A stretch of DNA of 49,816 nt from Christensenellales bacterium (GCA_050309765.1 JBNRMU010000051.1:1-49816), one strand, 5' to 3'; counted from the first letter of the stretch, positions 25,830-36,786 are shown. Notes: generated by a model not told the origin, from the sequence alone. Numbers and translations: made by a program.

Positions 25830-26356
25830 CCGGCGCGCCCAAGGGCACCTTTGAGCCCGAATTTTCCTGCCTCGTCAACCAACTGGCCCTAAAAGGCCTG
25901 TTCCGCTTCGGTCGGGCGGGCCTGTTCAGCGATTTCAACGGCTGCGGCTGGATCGCCACCTACAACCTGTTCCGCCTGCTGGGCAAAAACGCCCAGCCGG
26001 AGGAGGTCCTGCACCGCATGGAGCCGGGAACGCTTTTCGGCGGCCGCCTGGGCGTTTGGCCCTTTGCCGTGTCCAAATGCCTGAAAAGGGACGGCCTGTT
26101 CGCCCGCTGGCATTTCGTCTGGCCCTGGAGCAAAAAGCTTAAGACCTATCCCCTGGGCGCTGCGCTGGTGCTCAACCGGCGCGGGCTGCATTACGTGGCC
26201 TACCGCCGGCTTGCGGACGGCGCCTACCAGTTTTACAACGAGCGCCAGGGCGATATGCGCGACGTGCGTCCCTTCGCCGACTTTTTAAAGCAGCAGCGGG
26301 CCTGTGTGCTCATGCTGGAGGTCGCGCAGAGGAAGGCCGCAAGGCAAAAGATCTGA
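25826..26356 (+). CDS. Hypothetical Cys/His protein (mirror copy)
   Basis: Exact mirror of 23461..23991. ATGA overlap read at 25826-25829. Confidence 0.5.
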   Translation: MTGAPKGTFEPEFSCLVNQLALKGLFRFGRAGLFSDFNGCGWIATYNLFRLLGKNAQPEEVLHRMEPGTLFGGRLGVWPFAVSKCLKRDGLFARWHFVWPWSKKLKTYPLGAALVLNRRGLHYVAYRRLADGAYQFYNERQGDMRDVRPFADFLKQQRACVLMLEVAQRKAARQKI

Positions 26357-26363
26357 TTGCACG

Positions 26364-26402
26364 CAAAATACCGCCGGCAAGACTTGCCGGCGGTATTTTT
26401 TT
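26364..26402. terminator. Bidirectional terminator (mirror copy)
   Basis: Exact mirror of 23415..23453. Confidence 0.8.
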
Positions 26403-26415
26403 GTATTTCCCTATT

Positions 26416-27057
26416 TCAATTATCGCTGAGACAGGCGGGATTCGCCCGTTCCGATACCGCGGCCCGGATCGCGCCCAGGCAGTGGATCCTTACGACACGA
26501 TTCTCGTCGGTTTCCGATATCCTTTGCAACTTATCCACAAAAGGCAAAACAAACTCCGGCCTGCGTTTGCCGAGCACGCGAAAGATTTCCGGTGCCTCCA
26601 TCCGCACCCTGTCGTTTGCATCGTGCAGAAGCTGTGCAAATATGCACATATGCTTTTCATGCACATCGGGCGTGTTTATGGCGATGTTTTCCGCCGCCCA
26701 AATAAAACTCAGCCGGACCTTTGCCTCCTCATCGCAGGCAAAGCGAAACAGGCTCGGCCAATACGGTTCGATCACAGGGAAGCTGCCCCGCCCGATCCTG
26801 CCCAGGGCGTTCAGCGCCCGCTCCCGCAAAAGCGGCGCAGGGCTGTCCAGAAAAGCGGCGATTTGGGCCACCGCGCTTTGCGCCGCCAAAGGGTACAAAA
26901 GGCCCATCTCCCCCAACAGCCAAAGCGCCTTGGCCCGTATTTTGACCGATTCATGGGCAAGAAGAGAGGAAACGTATGGGATGTTTTCCTCCCACCTATC
27001 TCTTTCCTTTGTCAAAGCTCCCAGCTCTTTGTACAACTCCGCTTCGCTTAAATCCAT
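26416..27057 (-). CDS. HEAT/ARM-like repeat protein (mirror copy)
   Basis: Exact mirror of 22760..23401. Confidence 0.6.
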   Translation of the reverse strand: MDLSEAELYKELGALTKERDRWEENIPYVSSLLAHESVKIRAKALWLLGEMGLLYPLAAQSAVAQIAAFLDSPAPLLRERALNALGRIGRGSFPVIEPYWPSLFRFACDEEAKVRLSFIWAAENIAINTPDVHEKHMCIFAQLLHDANDRVRMEAPEIFRVLGKRRPEFVLPFVDKLQRISETDENRVVRIHCLGAIRAAVSERANPACLSDN

Positions 27058-27137
27058 TCTCTCCTCAAATCCCGATTCGTTTTCTTTGGGCTCAGGCGCA
27101 TCTGCCGCAAAAGATACCGGTAGATGGTGCCTTCCGG

Positions 27138-27506
27138 TCATGATCCGCAGTACGCCACGGCATCCGCCTGGAACTGCAGGCCGTCCCCACCGCCCACGTG
27201 CGCGAAGTTGGTCTGGATGGATTTGCGGGCGGGGTATTTGCCGTGGAAGCGCTCTTTGATGACCTTTTCCATCACAGGGATGTTCCACACGTCCCGGAAC
27301 AGGCAGTCCATCTGCACGACGTTTTCCAGCGTGAGCCCGACCAGCGCCAGCCTCTCCTCCATGTTGTCGAAGGCGCCGTTGATCTGCTCCTCGACGCTGC
27401 CGCCGATATTGCCCACGCAGTAGCTCAAAAAGCAGTAGTCGCCCGCCTTCACGATACCGGAATGGGCCCATTCCTCGTGGATCTCGTATCGCTTGATCCC
27501 GCTCAT
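27138..27506 (-). CDS. RidA/YjgF-family protein (mirror copy)
   Basis: Exact mirror of 22311..22679. Confidence 0.65.
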   Translation of the reverse strand: MSGIKRYEIHEEWAHSGIVKAGDYCFLSYCVGNIGGSVEEQINGAFDNMEERLALVGLTLENVVQMDCLFRDVWNIPVMEKVIKERFHGKYPARKSIQTNFAHVGGGDGLQFQADAVAYCGS

Positions 27507-27563
27507 CCTTTGTTTCCTCCTTGAAGTTTTTATTGCATCGGGATGTTTCCGCGCACCCTTGTT

Positions 27564-28706
27564 CTAAAGCTTCACCAGCGGCTGCGTAAGATCGCTGCCC
27601 GCCCGCCGGAAGGCCGGGTCGCCTTGGCAAAGGCCCCACAGGTCCTGGGCCGCCAGCTCGCGCCGGTACAGGGGGTCCTTCTTCCACTTTGCCGGCCGCA
27701 GGATGAGCGGCACGCGGGAACTGCGCCCCAGTTCCTGCAAAAGCGGCAGCGCGCTTTCGCGAAAGCCCAGCACGCGGGCAAACTCCGGCGCGGGATGTTC
27801 CCGCAAAAGCTGTTTTGTGTTGCCAAGCAGCGCGTGCAAAAGGCCGCGCTTGATGCGCGCCATGGTGTAGCGCTTGGTTTTGATGAGGGAAAGCAGCTCG
27901 TTTAAATCGCTCGCCTGCTGCGCGGCGGCAAGCACGCGGTTTTCCAGGCCCTCGTCCATGCCCGGGCAAGCGGAAAGGGCCGCGGCGTCCAGACGGCGCA
28001 GATTGTTGAGCAAAAGCGCCTCGATGTTCTCCATCTGCGCCGCTCCGTCCTGGCGCAAAAGCGCCTCGCGGGTGAGCGCCGCGGATTCCTCCGGGCAGAG
28101 AGCAAGGGCTGCTTCTACATCCGTCTGCAGCAGGCTGCGTATCTGCGAGGACGAGCAGCCGCCCTTCCCTTCGCTCAAGCGCGGGATGCACACGGGCTCG
28201 ATCGGACTTTCGAGCTTTTTCAGCGCGCGCAGATATTCCACGGCCAGCAGGTCGTTGCGCTCCAAAGCCTGCGCGCGGGAGATGGCGACAGCACGCGGAT
28301 AGCTGTTGCCGTCTTTCAGCGCCCTGTACAGCCTGGCGGATTGCTGCTCCGTTTCCGGCTGCAGCAGGGGCAGCAGCTTTTCCAGCTCGCCCGTTTCCGC
28401 GCCAAAGCTCACATGCGTCACCACGGACAGGCTGTGCATCAGGCTCATTCCGCCGAAGGCGAAATCCTGCGCCGCGCGCAGGGCAAACAGGGACGGAAGC
28501 TCTATCACAAGGTCGACGCCGGCCATAAGGGCCGCCTGCGTACGCGTCCACTTGTCCGCAACGGCCGGTTCGCCCCGCTGCACGAACGGCCCGCTCATCA
28601 GGCACACGACATAGTCCGCACAGCTTTTGACCCTGGCCTGCGCGATCTGGTAGGCATGGCCCCGATGCAGGGGGTTGTATTCACACAGGATTGCGCAAAC
28701 CTTCAT
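27564..28706 (-). CDS. tmcAL: tRNA(Met) cytidine acetate ligase (mirror copy)
   Basis: Exact mirror of 21111..22253. Confidence 0.8.
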   Translation of the reverse strand: MKVCAILCEYNPLHRGHAYQIAQARVKSCADYVVCLMSGPFVQRGEPAVADKWTRTQAALMAGVDLVIELPSLFALRAAQDFAFGGMSLMHSLSVVTHVSFGAETGELEKLLPLLQPETEQQSARLYRALKDGNSYPRAVAISRAQALERNDLLAVEYLRALKKLESPIEPVCIPRLSEGKGGCSSSQIRSLLQTDVEAALALCPEESAALTREALLRQDGAAQMENIEALLLNNLRRLDAAALSACPGMDEGLENRVLAAAQQASDLNELLSLIKTKRYTMARIKRGLLHALLGNTKQLLREHPAPEFARVLGFRESALPLLQELGRSSRVPLILRPAKWKKDPLYRRELAAQDLWGLCQGDPAFRRAGSDLTQPLVKL

Positions 28707-28865
28707 CAAATTCTCCTTTTCAAACGGTTGATTTTTCTGTATACTGTATCTGTTTGGGACAATGCGGCGCAGTGTCCGCGCATTTTGCGGCGCAGCGCTT
28801 GAAACACGCCCGCGGCCGCGCAGGCCCAGGTACAGTATACCACATAACTTAAGGAGGAAACGTAA

Positions 28866-29855
28866 ATGAGTTTGATGGATCGCATCAAGGCAAAGGCAAA
28901 GGTTGACAAAAAGCGCATCGTGCTGCCCGAGGGTGCGGAGGAGCGCACCGTTAAGGCCGCGGCCGTTCTTTTGAAGGAAGGTATCTGCGACCTGATCCTG
29001 CTGGGCGACGAGGAAAAGATCCGCTCCTACGGCGAGGACCTCACCGGCGCCACCATCATCGATCCCAAGAAAAGCGACAAGCTCCAGGCTTATGCCGACA
29101 TGCTGTACGAGCTGCGCAAGGCCAAGGGTATGACCCCGGAAAAGGCCCTGCAGCAGATGCAGGAGGAGACCTTCTTCGGCACCATGATGATGAAGATGAA
29201 CGAGGCCGACGGCATGGTTTCCGGCGCCATCCATTCCACCGCCGATACCCTCAGGCCCGCGCTTCAGATCATCAAGACCAAAAAGGGCGTGACCACCGCT
29301 TCTTCCTGCTTTGTGATGGAGTGCCCCGATAAGAGCTACGGCCAGGACGGCGTCATGATCTTTGCCGACTGTGCCGTGAACATCGAGCCCGACGCGCAGC
29401 AGCTGGCCGCCATCGCCATCGCTTCCGCCGAGACCGCCAAGTCCATCGCCGAGATCGCCGAGCCCAAGGTCGCCATGCTCTCCTTCTCCACCAAGGGTTC
29501 CGGCAAGGGCGATATGGTGGACAAGGTCCGCGAGGCCACGGAGCTGGTCAAGCAGCTGGCTCCCGAGCTGAATGTCGACGGCGAGCTGCAGGCCGACGCC
29601 GCCCTGGTCGAAAAGGTCGGCCAGCTCAAGTCCCCCGGCTCCAAGGTCGCGGGCAAGGCCAACGTGCTCATCTTCCCCAGCCTGGAAGCCGGCAACATCG
29701 GCTATAAGCTCGTGCAGCGTCTGGCCGGCGCCACCGCCATCGGCCCCGTGATGCAGGGCCTGGCCCGTCCCGTGAACGACCTGAGCCGCGGCTGCTCCAG
29801 CGACGACATCGTTTCCCTGTGCGCGCTGACCGCCGTGCAGGCGCAGAACGAATAA
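28866..29855 (+). CDS. pta: Phosphate acetyltransferase (mirror copy)
   Basis: Exact mirror of 19962..20951. Confidence 0.93.
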   Translation: MSLMDRIKAKAKVDKKRIVLPEGAEERTVKAAAVLLKEGICDLILLGDEEKIRSYGEDLTGATIIDPKKSDKLQAYADMLYELRKAKGMTPEKALQQMQEETFFGTMMMKMNEADGMVSGAIHSTADTLRPALQIIKTKKGVTTASSCFVMECPDKSYGQDGVMIFADCAVNIEPDAQQLAAIAIASAETAKSIAEIAEPKVAMLSFSTKGSGKGDMVDKVREATELVKQLAPELNVDGELQADAALVEKVGQLKSPGSKVAGKANVLIFPSLEAGNIGYKLVQRLAGATAIGPVMQGLARPVNDLSRGCSSDDIVSLCALTAVQAQNE

Positions 29856-29878
29856 AAATATAGGAGGAAGCAACAGGT

Positions 29879-31072
29879 ATGAATATCCTGGTTATCAACG
29901 CGGGCAGCTCTTCGCTGAAATACCAGCTTTTCAATATGGACGACGAGTCCGTTCTGGCCAAGGGCCAGGTGGAGCGCATCGGCCTGCCGATGGGCGCTGT
30001 TTCGCAGAAGTCCGATAAGGGCCCCATCGCCATCGAGGCGCCCGTTCCCGACCACACCGCCGCCATGGAGTTCGTGGTAAAGCTTTTGACCGACCCCGAA
30101 AAGGGCGTCATCCCCGATCTGTCCTCCATCGACGCCATCGGCCACAGGGTGCTGCACGGCGGCGCTGACTTCACCAAGTCCACCGTGGTGGACGGCCCCG
30201 TCAAAAAGGCCATCCGTGACAACTTCGTGCTCGGCCCCCTGCACAACCCCGCCAACCTGGCCGGCATCGAGGTCTGCGAAAAACTGATGCCCGGCAAGCC
30301 CAACGTGGCGGTGTTCGATACCGCTTTCCATCAGACCATGCCCGACTACGCGTATATGTACGCCGTGCCCTACGAATATTACGAGAAGTACAAGGTGCGC
30401 CGCTACGGCTTCCACGGCACCTCCCACCGCTTTGTTTCCGCCGAGGCGGCCAAGCGCCTGGGCTATGAGGGCGGCAAGGGCCTGCGCCTGATCGTCTGCC
30501 ACCTCGGCAACGGCTCCTCCCTGTCCGCCGTGGTGGATGGCAAGTGCGCGGATACCTCCATGGGCATCACTCCGCTGGAAGGCATGGTCATGGGCACCCG
30601 CTCCGGCGATGTGGACCCCGCCGTGCTGCAGTATGTGATGAACATCGAGGGTTTGAACATCGACGAGATGCTGAACATCCTCAATAAGAAGTCCGGTCTG
30701 CTCGGCATTTCCGGTGTTTCCTCCGATATGCGCGATACCACCAAGGCCGCGGAAGAGGGCAATGAGCGCGCCAAGCTCGCCATCGAAATGCTGTGCTACC
30801 GCCTGCGCAAGTACATCGGCGCCTATGCGGCGGCCATGGGCGGCGTGGACGCCATCGCCTTCACCGGCGGCATCGGCGAGAACGACACGCAGGTCCGCGC
30901 GGACGTGCTGTCCAAACTCGGTTTCCTCGGCGTGGAGCTGGACGAAAAGGCCAACGCCGCCACCCGCGGCAACGGCGTCATCTCCACCCCCGACAGCAAG
31001 GTCAAGGTGCTGGTCGTCTCCACCAACGAGGAGCTGGCCATCGCGCGCGATACGCAGGAGCTTTGCCGCTGA
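29879..31072 (+). CDS. ackA: Acetate kinase (mirror copy)
   Basis: Exact mirror of 18745..19938. Confidence 0.95.
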   Translation: MNILVINAGSSSLKYQLFNMDDESVLAKGQVERIGLPMGAVSQKSDKGPIAIEAPVPDHTAAMEFVVKLLTDPEKGVIPDLSSIDAIGHRVLHGGADFTKSTVVDGPVKKAIRDNFVLGPLHNPANLAGIEVCEKLMPGKPNVAVFDTAFHQTMPDYAYMYAVPYEYYEKYKVRRYGFHGTSHRFVSAEAAKRLGYEGGKGLRLIVCHLGNGSSLSAVVDGKCADTSMGITPLEGMVMGTRSGDVDPAVLQYVMNIEGLNIDEMLNILNKKSGLLGISGVSSDMRDTTKAAEEGNERAKLAIEMLCYRLRKYIGAYAAAMGGVDAIAFTGGIGENDTQVRADVLSKLGFLGVELDEKANAATRGNGVISTPDSKVKVLVVSTNEELAIARDTQELCR

Positions 31073-31110
31073 AAAACGCGTTGTGCAGGCTGCTGTAACA
31101 AAAAATCTGT

Positions 31111-31139
31111 TTGACTTTTGGGCCCTGCATGCCTATAAT
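31111..31139 (+). promoter_or_regulatory. Consensus promoter TTGACT-N17-TATAAT for yceD-rpmF (mirror copy)
   Basis: Read directly: TTGACT 31111-31116, TATAAT 31134-31139. Confidence 0.65.
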
Positions 31140-31169
31140 AGTGAGACGTGACGAAGTGAGGGTACAGGT

Positions 31170-31685
31170 ATGCTCTTATCCGTACAGAGGGCCCTGCAGC
31201 AGCAGGGCGAGAGTCTTCCCTTTGCCGTGGATATGCCCATGGATCCCATCGAGTTTCGCGGCGACGACATCTCCTTTACCAGGGATGTGCACGTTTCCGG
31301 TCAAATGATGGGCATCGAGGACAGGATCACGCTGGAAGGCACCATCGTCGCATCCATGCGCTCCACTTGTGTGCGCTGCCTGGGCGATGCGTTCTTCACG
31401 CTTTCGATCCCCTTCACCGAAAAGTATCTGCGCGAAGCGGATGAGGATGAGCCGGACGCTTTCCTGTACGAATCCTCCGCCGTCGATCTGGACCAGATGG
31501 TCCTGGGCAACCTGGTCATGAACATGCCCACGCAGATCCTCTGCAAGGATACCTGCAAGGGTCTTTGCCCCAAGTGCGGCAAGGACCTGAACGAGGGGCC
31601 CTGCAACTGCGATCTCACCCCTGTCAACCCCGCTTTTGCGGCGCTCGGCGCCCTGAAGCTGGAGGAGGACGAAACGGCCGAATAG
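31170..31685 (+). CDS. yceD: YceD/DUF177 protein (mirror copy)
   Basis: Exact mirror of 18132..18647. Confidence 0.85.
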   Translation: MLLSVQRALQQQGESLPFAVDMPMDPIEFRGDDISFTRDVHVSGQMMGIEDRITLEGTIVASMRSTCVRCLGDAFFTLSIPFTEKYLREADEDEPDAFLYESSAVDLDQMVLGNLVMNMPTQILCKDTCKGLCPKCGKDLNEGPCNCDLTPVNPAFAALGALKLEEDETAE

Positions 31686-31838
31686 ACGCGGCCGGGGAAT
31701 GTTCCATATATTAACCCGTATCATCAATCCCGCAAGCATCGAGTGCTCAGCGAAACGCACGGTGTAAAGCCTCTTTGGCGCACCAACAGCTTGATGCGGA
31801 CAAACGGATTTACACCAAGAAAAGGAGGTGTGTTTCAG

Positions 31839-32030
31839 ATGGCAACCCCTAAGGGAAAAATCTCCAAGCAGCGTAAGCATACCCGCCGCGCCAATTGGCG
31901 CCTGTCCCTGCCCGGCATCGCCGAGTGCCCCCAGTGCCACGCGATGAAGCTGTCCCACCGCGTTTGCAAAAAGTGCGGCTACTACGACGGCAAGCAGGTC
32001 ATCCAGATCGCGGATGAAAAGAACGCCTGA
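31839..32030 (+). CDS. rpmF: 50S ribosomal protein L32 (mirror copy)
   Basis: Exact mirror of 17787..17978. ATG 31839 lies after AAAGGAGGTG at 31821-31830. Confidence 0.93.
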   Translation: MATPKGKISKQRKHTRRANWRLSLPGIAECPQCHAMKLSHRVCKKCGYYDGKQVIQIADEKNA

Positions 32031-32104
32031 TCCTTTTTCGGGCAAAACCCTTTCTGCCTGAGCAAATCCTTCGTTTGCTTTCCGGCGGACAACACGGTAC
32101 AAAA

Positions 32105-32144
32105 ACGGCTTGTTGCAGGTTCTCCTGCCGCAGGCCGTTTTTTA
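32105..32144 (+). terminator. rpmF terminator (mirror copy)
   Basis: Exact mirror of 17673..17712. Confidence 0.75.
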
Positions 32145-32765
32145 TGCATCAAGCATATTCGCGACCGCCTTCCATTTCAATAAAATTATAAATTTCTACA
32201 ACTTGTTTCCGATGTGCAGTACGTCCTGTGCGATACCGGAAGGACATCCGTCGAAGCAGTCTCTGCGTAGGCGGTACGGCACACCGGGGCACACGCATCT
32301 TTGGTGCGCCCGCGGCTTGACCCTGTTTGTGTATCCAACTTCCATACAATGCCTTCCGGTCGTTATTATTGTGTGCTTCCCATAGCAAATACTTGCTACT
32401 ATGGAAAAAAAGCCTTTTGTGCAATGTTTTTTCCTTCTTGTTAGGTGGTGCAGTCTTTTTTCATTTCTATTTATATTTCGCTGTCAGTGAGTGTTTTATC
32501 GCTTACAGTTACTTATCAAAATAAGAAAAAGTGTATACAATAATGCTTAGAGTTTTGTGCATCTTTGCTAATGGATTGCAGGCACGAAGCAGCAGATCCG
32601 CAAATGTGTTCCCTTGAGATGCATCCGGCCAGGCAGGCCTGCCGTGCGCATACACATGTTTCACATCGTTGTTTTTTGACCAACAACATTCTGTTGTTTT
32701 TTGTTCCAGGTCCTTTCCCTTCAGAATCGGTCGAGACCGCCGGTTTTCTATTCTTTTCCCGTTAT

Positions 32766-32795
32766 TTGGAAGCATCTTGCTGCTTCTGAATATAT
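32766..32795 (+). promoter_or_regulatory. Weak candidate promoter for the ABC importer (mirror copy)
   Basis: TTGGAA 32766-32771, TGAATATAT 32787-32795. Confidence 0.3.
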
Positions 32796-32873
32796 TTACC
32801 CCGATCGTTTGCCCCAAGCATTTGCCCTTGGACAACTGTAAAGGCAAACGTAAATATGAGGAGGAGGTAAACC

Positions 32874-34634
32874 ATGACTCGCAAGATTTTGTCTCTTGTG
32901 TTGATCGCGATGCTGGTGCTTTCTCTGTTTGTCGGCTGTACGCCTGCTGCAGAGTCTCCGGCTCCCGCCGCGGACAACACCCCTGCGGAGTCCGCCACCA
33001 CTACTCCTGCTGAAACTGCGACCGAGCCCGCTGAAGAAGCCGAGGCTCCCGTCGAAGAAGCCAGCGAGGAGAGGACTCCCGCGACGTTCTCCATGCTCTA
33101 CATGAGCTCCGCCACCACCGTGGTGGATCCCTGGAAGGACACCCCCGTTGGACAGTACCTGGCCGAGAAGACCAATGTCGACCTGGAGATCGAATACCTG
33201 GTCGGTTCTGACGTTCGTCAGAAGGCTTCCCTGCTGACCGCTGCCGGCGAGTATCCCGACATGATGACCACCGGCGACGCTTCCGGTGACTTCTATGCCG
33301 CGGATGCTTTCATCGGCCTGACCAAGTACCTGGACACCATGCCGAACCTGGGCGCCTGCTACACCGCTTCCCAGAGGAAGCTGATGACGCAGGAAGACGG
33401 CGAGATCTACTGGCTGGGCAACCATGCCTCCGAGAACTCCGTCTACCCCGCCGCTGGTTACTACCTCAACATGGATCTGCTGGCCCAGGCTGGCTATCCC
33501 GTTGTTAAGGACTTTAACGAGTGGCAGCAGCTGATTATCGACTACTGCGAGAAGAACCCCACCTACAACGGCCAGCCCACCATCGGCGTTTCCGAGCCTT
33601 CCGAAGCCTGGCGTGCTTCCGCTATCCAGTACGGCGGCTCCCGCTTCCTGGTCGGCTACCAGAACGACGGTTTGACCATCGTTGATCCCGACACCCTCGA
33701 GGCCAAGATCATCATGGATCAGGACTTCCAGAAGGAATTCTGCAAGATGCTGAACACCATGTGGAACCTGGGCATCGCCGACCCCGAAATGTGGATGCAG
33801 ACCGACGAGCAGTATCAGGCTAAGATCGGCTCCGGCCGTATCTCCGGTCTGTATGACCAGAGGAGCATGATCTCCGTTGGTTTGGACGCCCTTGAGGCCA
33901 ACGATCCTTCCCGCATGCTGGTTGCTTTCCCCGTGGTTCTGCCCGGCGTCACCACCGAGCGTTATCGCGGCCCGCGTCAGTTCGGCGGCGGTTCCGGTTT
34001 CGCCATCACCGTATCCTGCAAGGATCCCGACCGTGTTGCGCAGTTCTGGGATGACCTTGCCAAGGAAGAGAACCAGATCGTCCTGCGCTGGGGCATCCAG
34101 GGCACCGACTGGGACTACGATGCTGATGGCAAGCTCGTCAAGACCGAGGAGCAGTGGAAGCAGTACAACAACGTCGAATATCTCCAGAACTCCGGTATCA
34201 GCCAGCTGAGCTGGTTCCACTTCTGGCCCAACCTGGTGGAGTTCCCCGAGTGCAAGACCATCGCTTCTCCTTCCAACACTCCCGAGTACGCCCAGCTCGC
34301 TTACGAGCCTTACGAAGTCGAGTTCCTGTCCCACTATGCCGACAGGGGCTACGACACCTTCGTAGGCTGGTTCAATCCTTCTTATGATGCTGATCACGAA
34401 CCCGGCTGGTCCATCCGTCAGCGCATCGACACCTCCGACCCCAGAAAGATCGCTGGTGAGACCGCTCTGGAGATCACCTTGGAGTACGTGCCCAAGCTGG
34501 CCATGGCCAAACCCGAAGACTTTGACAAGGTTTGGGACGAGTTTGTTGGCAAGCTTGCCGATCTGCCTCTGCGCGAGTATGAGGAGCTGGCCACCCAGAT
34601 GATCAAGGAGAGCGCTCCCAACTACAGGAACTAA
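32874..34634 (+). CDS. Solute-binding lipoprotein (mirror copy)
   Basis: Exact mirror of 15183..16943. Confidence 0.85.
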   Translation: MTRKILSLVLIAMLVLSLFVGCTPAAESPAPAADNTPAESATTTPAETATEPAEEAEAPVEEASEERTPATFSMLYMSSATTVVDPWKDTPVGQYLAEKTNVDLEIEYLVGSDVRQKASLLTAAGEYPDMMTTGDASGDFYAADAFIGLTKYLDTMPNLGACYTASQRKLMTQEDGEIYWLGNHASENSVYPAAGYYLNMDLLAQAGYPVVKDFNEWQQLIIDYCEKNPTYNGQPTIGVSEPSEAWRASAIQYGGSRFLVGYQNDGLTIVDPDTLEAKIIMDQDFQKEFCKMLNTMWNLGIADPEMWMQTDEQYQAKIGSGRISGLYDQRSMISVGLDALEANDPSRMLVAFPVVLPGVTTERYRGPRQFGGGSGFAITVSCKDPDRVAQFWDDLAKEENQIVLRWGIQGTDWDYDADGKLVKTEEQWKQYNNVEYLQNSGISQLSWFHFWPNLVEFPECKTIASPSNTPEYAQLAYEPYEVEFLSHYADRGYDTFVGWFNPSYDADHEPGWSIRQRIDTSDPRKIAGETALEITLEYVPKLAMAKPEDFDKVWDEFVGKLADLPLREYEELATQMIKESAPNYRN

Positions 34635-34674
34635 GCTGTCAGTTCCGATACCTGATTAAGCAAAATTGAACGGA

Positions 34675-34712
34675 GAAAGGGGTTCGTCCTCACGACGTAC
34701 CCCTTTCCTTCT
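34675..34712 (+). promoter_or_regulatory. Intercistronic hairpin (mirror copy)
   Basis: Exact mirror of 15105..15142. Confidence 0.5.
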
Positions 34713-34789
34713 ACAAACATTCAGAGAGCATCCTATTTACATTGGACGCTCATCCCTTGGACAAATAATGAAAAGGGGGTAAAATCCGC

Positions 34790-35752
34790 ATGACCTCGGT
34801 CACAAAATCTGCCGGCAGCAGAACCCGAATGGGCAGCGGACAGGGTTTCTGGCAAAGGCTTTGGAAACAGCGTCAATTGCTGGTGCTCTCCTTGCCGATC
34901 TTATTCGTCATCGTATTCTCCTACTTTCCCCTTTGGGGCTGGCTGATTGCGTTCCAAAACTATAAGGCATCCAACAAGATTACCTTCTGGCAGCAGGAAT
35001 GGGTTGGCTTTAAGAACTTTATCGATCTGTTCTCCGATAAGAACTTCTTCCGTGCCCTGCGCAACTCGCTGGGTATCGGTGTTTTGAAGATCATCTTCTC
35101 CTACGTCTTCACCCTGCTGCTTGCCGTGCTGATCAACGAGATCCGCTGGACCGGCTACAAGCGCACGGTGCAGACCATCTCCTACCTGCCCCACTTCGTA
35201 TCCTGGGTCGTTGCAGCAAACCTTCTGTTCGTTACACTTTCGCCTGAAAGCGGTATCGTGAACGAATTGCTGTTAAAGCTAGGGCTCACCAAGGCGCCTA
35301 TTGCCTTCATGGGACAGCCGAAACTGTTCTGGTGGGTTGTTGCTTTTGCGGAGGTATGGAAAAACTCCGGTTACGGAGCGATCGTATACCTCTCCGCCAT
35401 GACGGCCATTGACCCCAGCCTGTATGAATCCGCCGACATCGACGGCGCCAGCCGCATCCGCAAGATCTGGTCCATCACGTTGCCTTCCATCGCGCCTACG
35501 ATCAAGATTTTGCTCGTGCTTTCCATCGGCCGTCTGCTCTCCGTCGGTTTTGAACAGGTGTACGTGTTGATGTCCGCTTCCACCGTGGAGACGGCCACCA
35601 CCCTTGAGGTTTACATTTACAACTACGCGATGAAGTTCCAGCAGTGGAGCAAGGGCTCCGCCCTGAGTATCTTCAACTCCCTGGTCTCCATCGTTCTGAT
35701 CGTTGTCAGCAACCAGTTTGCCAAGCTGCTGGACGGCGACTCGCTTCTGTAA
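34790..35752 (+). CDS. ABC permease, LplB-like (mirror copy)
   Basis: Exact mirror of 14065..15027. Confidence 0.85.
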   Translation: MTSVTKSAGSRTRMGSGQGFWQRLWKQRQLLVLSLPILFVIVFSYFPLWGWLIAFQNYKASNKITFWQQEWVGFKNFIDLFSDKNFFRALRNSLGIGVLKIIFSYVFTLLLAVLINEIRWTGYKRTVQTISYLPHFVSWVVAANLLFVTLSPESGIVNELLLKLGLTKAPIAFMGQPKLFWWVVAFAEVWKNSGYGAIVYLSAMTAIDPSLYESADIDGASRIRKIWSITLPSIAPTIKILLVLSIGRLLSVGFEQVYVLMSASTVETATTLEVYIYNYAMKFQQWSKGSALSIFNSLVSIVLIVVSNQFAKLLDGDSLL

Positions 35753-35770
35753 GAAAGGAGGCCCTCTTCA

Positions 35771-36712
35771 ATGACAACACAGGTTAAGCAAAAGGAGAAA
35801 ATGGGCATCCTATCTGCAAAGGCAGAGAACGCCATTTTCGATACCATCAACACGATCCTCATGCTCATCGTGTGCGTGATCACGTTGTATCCGTTTTTGA
35901 ACACCATCGCCATTTCCTTCAACGATTCCATCGATGCTGTGTATGGCGGCATTTATCTCTGGCCCAGGGTTTTCTCCCTCAAGTCCTATGAGACGATCCT
36001 GGTGCGCACCACGTCCATCCCGCATTCGGCCCTGATCTCCGCCCTGCGCGCCGTGCTTGGCACAGCGCTGAGCATCCCGCTTTCCATGATGTTGGCCTTT
36101 GTCATGACCAGGCGCGATTACGTGCTGCGCGGCTTTGTGACCAAGCTGGTGCTCTTCACCATGTACGTATCCGGCGGTCTGATCCCGACCTTCCTGACCT
36201 ATCGCGCTTACGGCCTGATGAACAACTTCCTGGTGTACATCCTGCCGCATGCCATCTCCGCCTTCAACGTGCTGGTCATGCGCTCTTTCATCGACGGCAT
36301 TCCCTTCGAGCTTGTGGAATCCGCCAAGATCGACGGTGCCAGCGAGTACCGCATCCTGTTCCAGATCATCTTCCCGCTCTCCATGCCGGTTATCGCCACC
36401 ATCGGCCTGTTCGTGTCGGTCTCGCAGTGGAACCAGTGGTTCGACACCATGCTTTACTGCTCCTCCGTCAAGGACCTGTCCACCCTGCAGTATGAGCTGA
36501 AGAAGGTGCTGGATACCGCCAACTCCATGACGGGCGACTCTGTTACCATGGATGCTGTTGCGTCCCAGGCAACAGAGGAATCCGGCCGTGTGACGACGCA
36601 GACCATCCGTGCTGCCATGACAGTCATCTCCGTCGTGCCTATCGCCATGATTTACCCCTTCCTGCAGAGGTATTTCGTAAAGGGCATGACGCTGGGAGCT
36701 GTCAAAGGCTGA
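35771..36712 (+). CDS. ABC permease, LplC-like (mirror copy)
   Basis: Exact mirror of 13105..14046. Confidence 0.85.
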   Translation: MTTQVKQKEKMGILSAKAENAIFDTINTILMLIVCVITLYPFLNTIAISFNDSIDAVYGGIYLWPRVFSLKSYETILVRTTSIPHSALISALRAVLGTALSIPLSMMLAFVMTRRDYVLRGFVTKLVLFTMYVSGGLIPTFLTYRAYGLMNNFLVYILPHAISAFNVLVMRSFIDGIPFELVESAKIDGASEYRILFQIIFPLSMPVIATIGLFVSVSQWNQWFDTMLYCSSVKDLSTLQYELKKVLDTANSMTGDSVTMDAVASQATEESGRVTTQTIRAAMTVISVVPIAMIYPFLQRYFVKGMTLGAVKG

Positions 36713-36740
36713 TCGTTCCATTCATGGCAAGTTGTTCTGT

Positions 36741-36786
36741 ATGCGGCCTTTCCTTTTCGAAAGGCCGCATTCTCTTCTCTTTGGTT
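36741..36786 (+). terminator. Terminator after the permease genes (mirror copy)
   Basis: Exact mirror of 13031..13076. Confidence 0.7.
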